From positions 13,702,001 through 13,766,000 of the forward strand of contig NC_082734.1 of NCBI RefSeq assembly GCF_030144855.1: a stretch of 64,000 nt of DNA, read 5' to 3'. The translations under genes and the position numbers were made by a program. The stretch is from Hypanus sabinus (Eukaryota). The notes below the pieces were generated by a model. That model had not been told where the DNA came from, ran no database searches, and was given only the letters and a program-made list of their open reading frames with translations. Each line of letters starts with the position of its first letter. The first letter of the stretch is position 1. Of this stretch, positions 25,791-38,333 are shown in pieces.

Positions 25791-27981
25791 AATACAGAGA
25801 ATGGAATTCTTGATGTTGCAAAGCTGTGATAATGTTGGATTGGATGAGGCTGCTCTGCTTCTGTGCTTTAGAATTTCATAGCCTTAGAGATGTTTGATTT
25901 CTTCTTTATCATGTGCTGTGAATCACAGGAAGTGGATTGCAGCTTTTATGTCTGTCCACGGGAGCCTGAATGGAGTGGTGTAAAATGCTGCCCGTGGAGA
26001 TGGGGGTGAAGGAGTGCTTCAGTGTGTATGTGGTCACCCACCAGCCCTCCTCCCACCTCCAGCAAACAGCCGATGGAGTCCTGTCTCCTGAATGCCTCTG
26101 TGTCACTGCAAAATGTATTCTAGCAGAGACTGCAGTGCATCTGTGGTGTGTGTGGTTTTCAAAATTTGCATTAAGCATTGCGAGACCAGAAACAAACTCA
26201 CTAGTCAGTGGATTGGTTCAAGAGTGGTAACGTTGCTGCTCTGTAAAACCCTCGCTAGAACACATTTGGAATATTGGGATCAGCTCTGGTCACCTCAGGG
26301 TAGGAAGTACGTGTAAGCTTTAGATTGGAGGAGCAACACCCCATATTTTGTTTGTGCAGCCTCCAACCTGTTGGCATGAACATTAATTTCTCTAACTTAC
26401 AGTAGTTTCTCCCCCTCCCCCACCCCTTTCTTTTTCCATTCCACACTCCGGCTCCCCCTCACCTCTTCAGTTCACCTCCCTCAGGTGCCCTACCTCCTTT
26501 CCTTCTCTCACTGTCCACTCTCCTCTCCTATCAGATCCCTCCTTCAGCCCTTTACCTTTTCCACCTAGCACCTCCCAGTTTCTCACTTCACCCCCCCCCC
26601 CACCTGACTTCATCTATCACCTTCTAGTTTGTAAATCCTTCCCTCCTCTTCAGCTTCCTCGCCCTTCCTTTCTAGTCCTGATGAAGTGTTTTGGTCTGAA
26701 ACATTGTCCTTTTATTCCTTTCCATAATGACCTGCTGAGTTCCTCCAATATTTTGTGTATTATTCTGAAAACTTCAGAGAGGGTGCAGAGGAGATTTACC
26801 AGGATGCTGCCTAGATTAGAGAATATGTCTAATGAACATTGCTGAGCGAGCTAGGGCTTTTCCCTCTGGAGCAAAGATGATGTGAAGTGACGTGATAGAG
26901 GAGTACAAGATAAGAGGCGTCGATACTGCACAGTCAGAGACCTTACCCCGCGGTGGAAATGACTGAGACAAGGGACACGATGAGAGGCATTGATAGTGGA
27001 CTGTCAGAGAGCTTTTCCCGGGGTGGAAATGACTGAGACAAGGGGCATGATTTTAATGTGATTGGAAGAATGTAGACAGCGAATGTCAGGGGCAAGTTTT
27101 ATTTACACAGAGAGTGGTGAATGCCAGAGGTGATGGTAGAGGCAGAGACATCAGGGGCATTTAAGAATGATAGAAAAATGGAGGGTTACGCAGGAGGGGA
27201 AGGGTTAGATTGATCCTAGATCGGCACAACATCGTGGGCTGAAGGGCCGGAACTGTGCTGTAACGTTCTATACTCTGTGCGGTGTGCTTAGCACTGAAAA
27301 CTCAGCCTGACAGCAGCACCTGATACTCAGAGAGGACAAAGAATAGTACAGCACAGGAACTGGCCAACTATGAGACCAATTTAAAACTCATCCTACCTGC
27401 TTACACATGGTCTAACTCCCTGTATTCCCTGCATGCTCATGTGCTTGTCTAATTGCCTCTTGAACACTGCTATCATACTTTCTTTTACTATGTTCCCTAG
27501 CAGCGAGTCACAGGCACCTGCCACTCATTGTGTAAAAAAAACCGGATCTTGCATATCTCCTACTTCTCTCCTAAACCTGATAGTAATTAAGATTTCCATC
27601 CTGTGAGAAAAGACTCGATGGCTCTCGTAATAGTTTATCAGGTCACGCCGACGGCCTCTGGTGCTCCAGAGAAAACAGTCCCAAGTTTGCCCAACTTCTC
27701 CTTGTTTGCCCAACCCAGGCAGCATCCTGGCGAACTTCTGCAGTACCACCTTTCCCAGAGTTTGCTGACCAGAGCTGTGCGCAGTACTCCAAATACGACA
27801 GGACTGAAGTTTTAAACAGCAGCAGTGCTCTGACCGATGAAGGGAAACGTGTCATATGCCTCCTCTACCACCCTGCCCACTTGTGTTGCCACTCCCTGGA
27901 AGCTATGGACTTGCACCCTAATAAACATCTGTACCATCAAAGGCCTTTAATATACATCTGGCCAACTTGATGTGGGGTTGA

Positions 27982-28690
27982 ACATAGAACAATACAGCAC
28001 AGTACAGGCCCTTCAGCCCACAATGTTGTGCCAACCCTTAAACCCTGCCTCTCATAAAACCCCCCACCTTAGATTCCTCCATATACCCGCCTAGTAGTCT
28101 CTTAACTTTCACTAGTGTATCTGACTGCACCACTGACTCAGGCAGTGCATTCCCTGCACCAACCACTCTCTGAGTAAAAAACCTTCCTCTAATATCCCCC
28201 TTGAACTTTCCACCCCTTATCTTAAAGCCATGTATTGAGCAGTGGTGCCCTGGGGAAGAAGCGCTGGCTGTCCACTCTGTCTATTCCTCTTAATATCTTG
28301 TACACCTCTATCATGTCTCCTCTCATCCTCCTTCTCTCCAAAGAGTAAAGCCCTAGCTCCCTTAATCTCTGATCATAATCCATACTCTCTAAACCAGGCA
28401 GCATCATGGTAAATCTCTTCTGTACCCTTTCCAATGCTTCCACATCCTTCCTATAGTGAGGCGACCAGAACTGGACACAGTACTCCAAATGTGGCCTAAC
28501 CAGAGTTTTATAGAGCTGCATCATTACCCCGCCACTCTTAAACTCTGTGCCTCAACTTATGAAAGCTAACACTCCATAAGTTTTCTTAACTACCCTATCT
28601 ACCTGTGAGGCAACTTTCAGGGATCTGTGGACACATACCCCCCAGATCCCTCTGCTCCTCCACACTTCCAAGTATCCTACCATTTACTTT
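27982..28690 (-). mobile_element. Young CR1 LINE 3' fragment
   Basis: ORF 28222..28524(-) MMQLYKTLVRPHLEYCVQFWSPHYRKDVEALERVQKRFT; 3' UTR with ttctatgtt tail; very similar to 62590-62921. Confidence 0.92.
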
Positions 28691-28960
28691 GTTCCTTGTT
28701 CTACTGGGAATTATAAATGAAGGTTTGGGTGACATGATACTGCTCCAATTTTTGTCAGCAAAGTCTGATCAATGATGCATGATTGGCTTCAGTCAAGCTA
28801 AGCACGATGCTGTTTGGAAGTGCTCGTACTGATTTCCATATGCACTAGACATGCACTGGAAACGGTTGCTGCAACTAGGTTCTGCCAAGTAGCACAAGTG
28901 GTCCACTGCAACTGAAGCTTGTCCTGACCCTGCTTGTTATTTCCCTGACTGATCTGGCAG

Positions 28961-29165
28961 CGATGAGACTGAGCAGGTGTGGGTGTGGGAGTACGAGACC
29001 GACGAGGGCACACACGACCTGTACATGGATGTCGGCGAGGAGGTCCGGCTGAGGGTGGTGGATGAAACCTTTGTGGACACCTCCCCCACTGGGCCCAGCA
29101 GAGCAGATACTTCCACCACTACAGCAGAAGAAACACAGAGGAAGGAATCTCCCTACACGCTGACG
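28961..29165 (+). CDS. POLR3H: POLR3H coding exon 5
   Basis: (F)[46 protein letters not shown]...KESPYTLT; ggcag| and |gtatgg; 205 nt, phase 2->0. Confidence 0.96.
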
Positions 29166-29974
29166 GTATGGCTAAGCTCTTCCCTCTCAGTAGATCCATC
29201 CCTTCCCAAGACCTGCATTAATATAGCTGGCAGGCAATTCAGTGCTTTTTAAAAGTTTGGACAGCAAGATAGTATGGTATTTAGCACAATAATTTTACAG
29301 TGCCGGTGATGGGCGTTCGATTCCTGCTGCTGCCGGTGAGAAGTTTGTATGTTGGCCCTTTGACTATGTGGGTTTCCTCCCACATTCCAAAGATGTTCAG
29401 TTGGGGTTAGTGAGCTGTGGGCTTGCTGCGCTGGCACCTGACGTGTGTTGGCACTTGTGGGCTCTCCCCAGCAAAAACCTTGAATTGCGCTGGTTGTTGC
29501 AAAACGGCATATTTCACTGTATGTTTCAATGTACATGTGATAAATAAAGCTAATCTTACTTTTGTAGAAGTTTGGAAGCATTTCTGTACATGGAAAATCC
29601 CACAACCAGCTGACAAATAGTAAGAAGGTCATATTTTTAGTGACGTTACTTAAAGCGGTGAATTTTGGCCAAACACCATAGTTTTACTTTTCTTCAAAAC
29701 TATGCAGTGGTGATCTTTTGTATGTAGCTGGGAGACCAGACTAGGTCTCCATTTGACATTTTATCTAAAAGACAGTGACAGTGCTGCATTTCCCCTTGAA
29801 TCCCAGAATTTAAACCAAGTTGAGTACATCAATGGTGCTCTCCCTCTCTAAGATTGAACTACTGCCACCCGTTTCACTGAGAGGAGAAGTGATCATGGTT
29901 GGGTGTTGTCCTGCTCTGTTCTACACTTACTGAAAAGAGAATTAAAAGGAGAGTTGTGTGTGGCCATTAACTGT

Positions 29975-30390
29975 TGTCGGCACGGAGACCAACATCCGGT
30001 GCTGCTGGCAGATCATCAACTCGGTGAAAGACGCTCTTTGGTCGCCCCGAAACTTGATGGTCTACCAGCACACGGAGATGTCCGTGACTGACACATTCTC
30101 GGCTGCAGGAGTACAGGCTGAGGGATGCACTCAAACTCGGTGCAGCCACCGCAAGGGCCCGGTGGGGAAGGACCACAGTCTAGGGTTCTTCTCCCGCAGG
30201 AGTTGAGGGGTGGGGGGGTGCAGTACCTCTAAACAAGTGTATGTAAATATGAAAGAATAAAGTGTCACGTGGGTGGCGAAAAGTATGAAAATGTAAAGAC
30301 AGCAATGGAAACATTTGTAAAGGATTGAAAGTCATTGAATGGTTTATTGTATATAATTTTACTTTTGAATAAAGTTTATTTTGTTTAATA
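29975..30390 (+). mobile_element. Tx1/L1-clade LINE 3' fragment in POLR3H intron 5
   Basis: GTETNIRCCWQIINSVKDALWS.RNLMVYQH, then in another frame LQEY.LRDALKLGAATA; AT-rich 3' UTR ending tgaataaagtttattttg..aataaaa. Confidence 0.7.
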
Positions 30391-30710
30391 AAACTGTTGT
30401 CCCTGGAGCATGAAGGGAATTGTAAACTACATCCACCTCCGAGTGAGTCATGTCTGGAGGTCAATAAAGGACTACATGATATTTAACTAGGGGAGAATCT
30501 GAACATTATTTTGTATCTCATGGGGAATGTGTTAGAGCAAGATCATACTGCGTTCCACTGCTGTGAAAATTTTCCCTGAGTATTTTAGGCTTCTGTTTGA
30601 TTCTTTTGCTCCCCCTGCCTTTGTGTGTGTGACGAGTAAACAGAGTAGGTGGGGAAGTGCTCATGTAACCCTCTGCATTATTTCAGCCTGTGCTCTTGAA
30701 TTGTTTGCAG

Positions 30711-30764
30711 GGGTCCATCAGTGAGCCTGGCCTGGGACTCCTATCCTGGTGGACGAATGGTTAA
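30711..30764 (+). CDS. POLR3H: POLR3H coding exon 6 (terminal)
   Basis: GSISEPGLGLLSWWTNG*; ttgtttgcag| acceptor; the six exons total 618 nt = 205 aa + stop. Confidence 0.96.
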   Translation, partial: GSISEPGLGLLSWWTNG

Positions 30765-31081
30765 TGAGCCGACCTGATCCCGCTGATTGAAATGCAGCAC
30801 AGTGACCATCTGCCCAGAGCTGGAACTTCCCGTCTTCCAGCCAGCTCCTCAGGGGTCTTATTTTCTGAGAAGCGGACAGATGCTGGGCGTTTAATTAGAG
30901 CGCGAGGCACGATCCAGCTGGACCAGCACCCAAGGTTTCTGTGATGAGCAAGTAAAGGTGGAGCGTGTCCAGAGAAAGATGAAGGGCCTCCACGTGGAAT
31001 GCCTGGGTTAGTCTTGACTACTTCCCGCCGTGCCGAATGCTGCTCCTGCCCTCCTGGCTGATTAGGCTGCTTGTGTGATAA

Positions 31082-31087
31082 ATTAAA
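31082..31087 (+). terminator. Putative POLR3H poly(A) signal ATTAAA
   Basis: ATTAAA about 320 nt after the stop, followed by GT/T-rich ttggttcttgtttgttt. Confidence 0.55.
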
Positions 31088-33498
31088 GATGTTTGCTCAG
31101 TGAATTTGGTTCTTGTTTGTTTAAGCTGTGATTCCCATCGCTGTTGAGAAAATGAGCTAAGCCCGTGAACCAGATGCAGCCTCTGATCCAGAGTCTCTTT
31201 GCCGCTTTCTTAATGCGCCCCCGGCTGGCCTGGCGTGGACTACTGTTGCTTGTGAATCAGAAGGTGGTGAGTTCAAGCCCAGCGGATGGCTTTGCCTGCC
31301 ATGAGCCACGGCAGGGCTGCAGCCCCGGCTGAGGTTTGCATTACTCCATTGGTCATACTAATTTGTGGCTCTATCAATGAACAATTCAATGATTTTTCTG
31401 GAAGAGGACCAGCCGGCCTTGGCCTTTCCTCGTGCAGTTTACCTCATATCTTCAAGAGGAGAGAAACCTGTGCATGTATTCCAGGTGCCAGACGATGACC
31501 ACTTTCTGTATAAGACAATCATCCCGTGTGGTGTTTCCATTTATAGTTATCGGGCATGAAAACAGACCCCTAAGTGCAATACTTCCATACTGACCAAGTT
31601 GCCTAATTGATCTGTTCCTATTTGCCTGTGTTTGACAACCTTTTCTGTCCGTTCACCTGATCGAATGTCCTTTAAATATCGTGATTGTAGTCACCTCCAT
31701 CACTTCCTCAGGAAGCTCATTCCATGTGTGCAGCTGCCTCTGGCCCCCTTTTAAATCTAACTCCTCGCACTTTAAACCTATAGATCTGGACTCCCCCACC
31801 ATGGGAAATGGGCTGTGGCTACTCACCTCATCTGTGGCCCTGAGTCAGCTCAGCCCCTGTACACTCCTGACCTATCCAGCCTCTTATACCTCAAACCCTA
31901 CAGTCCCGGTAACATCCTCTTTGCACCCTTTCCAGTTCAATGTCATCTTCAAATTCATAACCTGTGGAGCACCTGTATGCTGGAAAACACGAACAACTAT
32001 ATAGACTTCGATAAACCTATGTCTTTCAACCCAGCCCTGAGCCAGGGATAAGGTTTTGACAGTTTCTGTGTTCCTTCTGTCCTTTTTATTTTGCATTTGG
32101 ACAAACTTTGCACCTAGTAAGGAGGTTGCTGTGGTAACAGAAAGAACTAACGATTCTTTAGTTATGCATACCCTGCATGTGAAGGTAATTTTCACACTCT
32201 GTTCCAGGTACACTCCATCCTCTGAATAAAAAGCTGCCTCTGGTCCCCTTTTCCATCTAACCCCTCCCACCCCAGTCCACTGCAGAGTGCAAGAATCCTG
32301 CCCACCTGTATCAACAACACAAAACTTCCTTTCAGCTTTATTCTTGTCATAAATTCCCGCAAACTACATGGTTGCTGGTTGATAGTCCTGGAACTCCCAG
32401 AATAGTGGGAGCACCGAGAGCGTGTTCTAGAAGGCGGTTGTCATTCAGCAGGGCAGCTGGAGATGGGGAAGAGAAGTTAGCCGTGCCAGAGTTGCGCATG
32501 TCCGGACAATTAAAACAAAATGTTTTGATGGAAACTACAAATCTGTTGTGCCGAGTCCCTTCCAAGTGGTGAAGGGAAGATCTGAGACCATATTAAATAA
32601 GAAGAGGTGTGTAGGCCATTCATCTCCAGCTTGCTCCCCCATTCAGTAAGATCATTACTAATCCAACTTCCCTCAGCTCATTTCTTCACCCTCTTTCCAT
32701 AACCCTTAATTCCCTTACTGATTAATAATTTACATCATCTGTGAATCTATTTAGTGATTCAACTTGCTGGGACAAACACTCGCAACCTTTTGAGCAAAGA
32801 AATTATTTGATATCTCAGTCTTAAATAGACTCCTCCTTATTCTGCTGTATCATCCCAGCAGCAATCTTGTCGAAAAATCTTGTGTTCCGATAACATCACT
32901 TTTTTCCTGTACTTTAGAGAGCATAGACCCAAAATGTTTGGTCCTTCTCCATAAGACAATCCAACTCCATGATCATCCTTAAATACTTTACCTTGCACTC
33001 TTAACCTATGACCTCTAATTCTAGTTTGTCAACCACGGTTGGAAAAAAGCCTGCTTGCATTAACCCTTTCTACAATAGACCTTTCATAATTTTGGATACC
33101 TCTATCAAATCTCCACACATTCTCCTACACTCCAGGGAATAAAGTCCTAACTTACTAAGCAGCTACCTGTAACTCAGTTCCACCATTATCCTTGTAAATT
33201 CTATCTGTACTCTTTCAATCTTACTGATATCTTTCCAGGAAGCAGGTGACTGGAACTGTGCACACAGTACTCCAGATACAGTGCCACCAGCATCTTGTAC
33301 AACTTCAACATACATCCAAAACCAGGCCTGCTCTAAAGTGCAACACCTCACACTTGTATGCCATTTTTACAGCCCACTTTTTCAGCTTGTCCAGAAACCT
33401 TTGATAGCCTTCCTTACTGTCCACTATGCTCCCAATATTGGTGAATTCCACAAATTTACTGATTCAGTTACCATATTCTCATCCAGATTGTTGATGTA

Positions 33499-33994
33499 CA
33501 CTCAGTGGCCACTTTATTCGTTATACCTGTACACCTGCTCGTTAAGGCAAATACCTAACCAGCCAATCATGTGGCAGCAACTCAGTGCACAAAAGCATAC
33601 GGACTTGGTCAGGAGGTTCAGTTGCTGTTCAGACTAAACATCAGAATGGAGAAGAAATGTGATCCAAGTGGCTTTGACCATGGAATGGCTGTTGGTGCCA
33701 ACGGGGTAGTTTGAGTATCTCAGGAACAGCTGATCTGGGATTTCCACCCACGACAGTGAGTTTACAGAGAAACAAAAACCGTTCAGTGAATGGCAGTTTT
33801 GTGGGCGTATATGCCTTGCTGATTGGAGAGTTCATAGGAGAATGGCTGGACGGGTTCAAGCTGACAAGAAGTAGTTCAAATAACCTGCATGGTGTGCGGG
33901 AGAGCATCTCTGAACACACAACGTGTTGAGGGCTTGAAGCGGATGGGCTCCAGAAGCAGAAGACCATGAACATACACTCAGTGGCCACTTTATT
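33499..33994 (+). mobile_element. Tc1-derived element bounded by direct 20-bp repeats
   Basis: TA-cactcagtggccactttatt at 33497-33518 and again at 33973-33994; decayed HTH coding between. Confidence 0.8.
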
Positions 33995-36359
33995 GGGCTC
34001 AGGGGGTCAGAAGCCTCCAAGCAGAGAGGCAACCATCTACTACCACTCCGGTTTCTCTCACAAAGCCAACGTCAAATCCAGTTTACTACCTTGTCCTGAA
34101 TGCCAATGACTGAACCTTCTCGACCAGCCTCCCATGCTGGACTTTGCCAAAGGCCTTGCTGGTGTCCATGTGAACAACATCCACTACCTTTCCTTCAGCA
34201 ACTTTCCTGGTAATCTCAAAAAAAAAAGCTCTGCAAGGTCTGTTAGAAGTACTGTTGCAGTTAGACCATACCTGGAATCTGGTTGCCTCATTAGAAGCTT
34301 TAGAGAGAGCACAGAGGAGGTTTACCAGGATTCTGCCTGGATTAGAGATGGCGCCTTATGAGGAAAGGTTGAGTGAGCCAGGGCTTCTCTCTTTGGAGTG
34401 AAGGAGGCCCAGAGGTGAGTTATTAGAGGCGTATAAGATGATAAGGTCGGGTCCAGGCCCCAGAGCGTACCGAGGCAATTGAACCTGATGTTTGGTCATC
34501 GATTTAGGTGCTGGGCCAGATTAAAAAGTTTGGGCTGTTGGGGCCCCAAGTGAGGTACAGGCTGGTTCAGCGACATTTACTCTGCTCTGTGCTGAACTAC
34601 AGGTCTCGAGCTCTCTTTGTGGGCTTCAGCCCAGAATGCAATTTGCTTGCGGTTATTGTTTGCACGATTTGTTTTCTTTCTCTGTACATCGGGTGCTGGG
34701 TTCTTTCGTGTTTCTGTGTTTTGTGGCTGCCTGTCAGGAGGTGAATCTCAAGGTTGTATAACATTCATACTTTGATAATAAACTTTTTGAACTTTGAAAA
34801 GACATAGGTAGAGTGGGCAGCCAGTGGGCTTTCTCCCAGGGTGACAACAACTAATATGAGAACTTTAAGGTGATTAGAGGAAAATTTGGGGGGGGGGGGG
34901 ATGTCAGAGGTAGGTTTTTTGAGTTCCTCCGGCAGATTTCCAGTATCTGCAGTCCGTCGTGTCTCCATAACAACCAAATATATTATTTGTAAGAGGCTAT
35001 TAAAAATGGCTGTTGGCAGAGGAAATATCGACTTGTCATGTTTCCATGGAGAGTAGTATTGGTAGAGTTTAGGAATGACCGTCCAGAGGGGCAAGATAAT
35101 ACATGAGTGAACACGCAGGGGGTATGGAACAAAATCTCAAAACCAGAACCATATAGAAATTGAAAAGAGTAGTAAAGGTGTGAGTAGTAAAGGTGTTTGT
35201 AGAGACAGGACAGGGATGATGCAATAAACAAATAATTGTGTCACTCTTCACAGTAAAGGGAGAGAATAGAGTTTAAGGGGATGATAAATGGCAGAGCAGA
35301 CTTGATGGGCCGAATGGCCTCATCCTGCTCTTGTGTCTTATGGTCGTTTGCCATTATGGAAAAAGCAAAAGATTAACTGAAGGGTCTACAGTTAGCTGTC
35401 CTATGACGCCGACAATCTGCGCCCATAGGTTCTAGGAAGGAAAATGGAGATTGTGAACGCACTCACGGAGATCTTTCAAAAACTCACTGGACTGCAAAGC
35501 AGATGGAAAGGTAGTAAATATGATGACGCTGTTTGAGAAGGAGAACACAGGGAAGTGCGAGCAGGTAAACCCGAGGTTGGTTTTCGGAGATAACTCTGGC
35601 AGAGGATCATAGAGCAATAGAGCGGGCCCAGTGTGGGTTCATGGAGGGAAGATCATATTGGAAATGGTTTATTATTGTCACATATACTGAGATACGGTGA
35701 AAAACTTGTCTTGCATACTGTTCATACAGATCAAATCATTTCACGGTGCACTGAAGCAGAACAGGGATGGTACCCGATTGCCACCTGTTGGAAGACTCAC
35801 AACCTATCTACGTAACGTGGTGGTCAGTAAACAATTGTCTAATGAACAATAGTGTAGGCCTAGGGAGATGGAGTCCGCCACGTACCTGTTCCTCTGATGG
35901 GCGAATTGCAATGGGTTGAGGTTGTCAGGGATACTGGAGTTAATGCATGCTATGAACAGCCTCTCGAAGCATTTCATGATGGTCAGAGACACCGGGCGTT
36001 GTCATTAAGGCACCTCATCTTTTCCTTTAGTATGGGGGACGAAAGTAGTCTTCCTAAAGCAGGTGGAAACCTCTGATTGAAGCAGGGAGAGGTCTGCCAT
36101 AACCCATACAACACACTGGAGGAACTCAGCAGGTCGGGCAGCATCCATGAAAACGTGCAGTCAACGTTTCAGGCCTCAGGACGAAGGGTCTCGGCCCAAA
36201 ATGATGACTGTTTGTTTCCACGGATGCTACCTGACCTGCTGAGTTTCTCCAACGTGTTGTACGTGTTGCTTTGACCCTAGTGTACTTTGTGTTTGCAAAT
36301 AACCCACCAGCTGATACTTGCAGGAGCCAAGGACACCATCTGGGCCTGATGCTTTAGAA

Positions 36360-36551
36360 CAGGAGTGGCCGACCTTTTACATTCCATGCATCAATTTGTT
36401 CATGCACGAGTTCAGATGCGAATTTTTTCATGCACGAGTTCTATGTTAACATTTTTACAAGAATTGAATGGGGGTACAAGAGTCGCATGGCACATCAAAA
36501 CTCGTGCGTGAATATATTGACGCATGGAATGTAAAAGGTTGGCCACCCCTG
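36360..36551. mobile_element. hAT MITE (192 bp) with about 53-bp imperfect inverted ends
   Basis: caggagtggccgaccttttacattccatgc... vs ...gcatggaatgtaaaaggttggccacccctg; TSD ctttagaa/ctttagga (7/8). Confidence 0.88.
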
Positions 36552-37619
36552 CTTTAGGACATAGAACAGTACAGCCCCTTTGGCCCATGGTCTTTGAACC
36601 TCCTCTTAGATCTATTTAACCATTTCATCCGCATGCCTCTCAAATGTTCACCTCTGCCACCACCCCTCGCAGTGTGTTCCATGCACTCACCCCTGATATC
36701 ACCATCTGACAACCAGTGGCGCACTGGGAAAAGGTGGGTTCACACGCCCCTACCCCCACCCCGGAAGGCCGTTCTTTCGCCTGCAATGCCTGCGCCAGAG
36801 GGATGCAATCTGTGAGCTGCGCTGTCCTCTTTGTGTTGATGCTGTTTTGGGTCTCGTTACAAAACCATGAAAATACAGCTGGGAGGAAGGCAGGCAGGCA
36901 GGGGCTGTGCTACCCGCGCCGGCCTGTAGGCGGCTCTGCGGCGGACCGGCAGCTCCCGCAGCCGGCAGGACGTTGACGGGTGGCTGGGCTGGGAGTGGGG
37001 AGCATGCAGCCCGGTCCGAGCCTGCAGGCGTGGGAGACATGGGACCGGCTGGTCCCGCGTAATGAAACCAGCCACGACAAGATGCTGACAAAGAACGGCC
37101 CTCGACTCTGTAACATCATAAGGTACGACTCATTTTTTGACTGGCTGGTGCATTTTAAATGATCAGTTGCTGAGCTGTGTGTGTGTTACCGGGTTTCTTT
37201 GTCCTTCCTGCAGTGTCACTGTGTAGTAAATCTGAGAGGCAAAAGCATTTCTTTAAAATTTTGAGCATCACATACAAAATGCTGGAGCACCTCAGCAAGT
37301 CAGGCAGTTTCTGTGGAGGCGTTTCAGGCCGAGTACTAAGTTCCTTCCCCACCCCACCCCACCCCACCCCACCCCAACCCCAGTTTTTGTGTGTATTGTT
37401 TAAGGTTTTCACTATTTGTAGAATCTCTTGTGTTTAAACTTTGTAGTTTTAATCTTGGGGCCCCAAGTATGGTCAGGATGCTGGACTTGAGTCTTGGGGT
37501 GTTGTGAAGCTCTTTTGGTTTCTGATGTGCAGAGAGGACAAGGGAAGGATCTGCTCCCAAGGAAAGCTTATCCCCAAAGTGAGGCAGTGATAGGCAGCAG
37601 GACCATCAGAGAGGGGTAC

Positions 37620-38333
37620 AGACATGGCCAATGAGGAGACAGGGTACTGACGTAGCCACAGAGGAGACGGGGTAGGGAGCTGACCAATGAGGAGACGGGG
37701 TAGGGACCTGACCAATGAGGAGACGGGGTAGGGACCTGACCAATGAGGAGACGGGGTACTGACGTGGCCACTGAGGAGACAGGGTACGGACATGGCCAAT
37801 GAGGAGACGGGGTACGGACATGGCCAATGAGGAGACGGGGTATGGACATGGCCAATGAGGAGACAGGGTACTGATGTGGCCACTGAGGAGATGGGGTAGG
37901 GAGCTGACCAATGAGGAGACAGGGTAGGGAGCTGACCAATGAGGAGACGGGGTAGGGACCTGACCAATGAGGAGACGGGGTAGGGAGCTGACCAATGAGG
38001 AGACGGGGTAGGGAGCTGACCAATGAGGAGATGGGGTAGGGAGCTGACCAATGAGGAGACGGGGTAGGGAGCTGACCAATGAGGAGACGGGGTAGGGAGC
38101 TGACCAATGAGGAGACGGGGTAGGGAGCTGACCAATGAGGAGATGGGGTAGGAGCTGACCAATGAGGAGATGGGGTAGGGAGCTGACCAATGAGGAGACG
38201 GGGTAGGGACCTGACCAATGAGGAGACGGGGTAGGGACCTGACCAATGAGGAGACAGGGTAGGGAGCTGACCAATGAGGAGACGGGGTAGGGAGCTGACC
38301 AATGAGGAGACGGGGTAGGGAGCTGACCAATGA
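37620..38333 (+). repeat. 28-bp minisatellite, about 25 copies
   Basis: Unit tgaccaatgaggagacggggtagggagc with variant classes (..tacggacatggcc, ..tactgacgtggccactg). Confidence 0.95.

Larger units (their letters stand above)
23642..28960 (+). other. POLR3H: U12-type (minor spliceosome) GT-AG intron 4 of POLR3H
   Basis: 5' site GTATCCTT; branch-like TTCCCTGAC at 28941-28949 close to the CAG; no polypyrimidine tract between them. Confidence 0.88.

Noticed and set aside
31443-31520. 63-nt minus-strand AG/GT-bounded segment (KWSSSGTWNTCTGFSPLEDM)
   Set aside because: It lies downstream of the candidate poly(A) site at 32337 with no partner exon; such signals occur by chance.
37620-38333. CRISPR-like 28-bp repeat array
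   Set aside because: Units are contiguous with no unique spacers, there are no cas genes, and the context is vertebrate.
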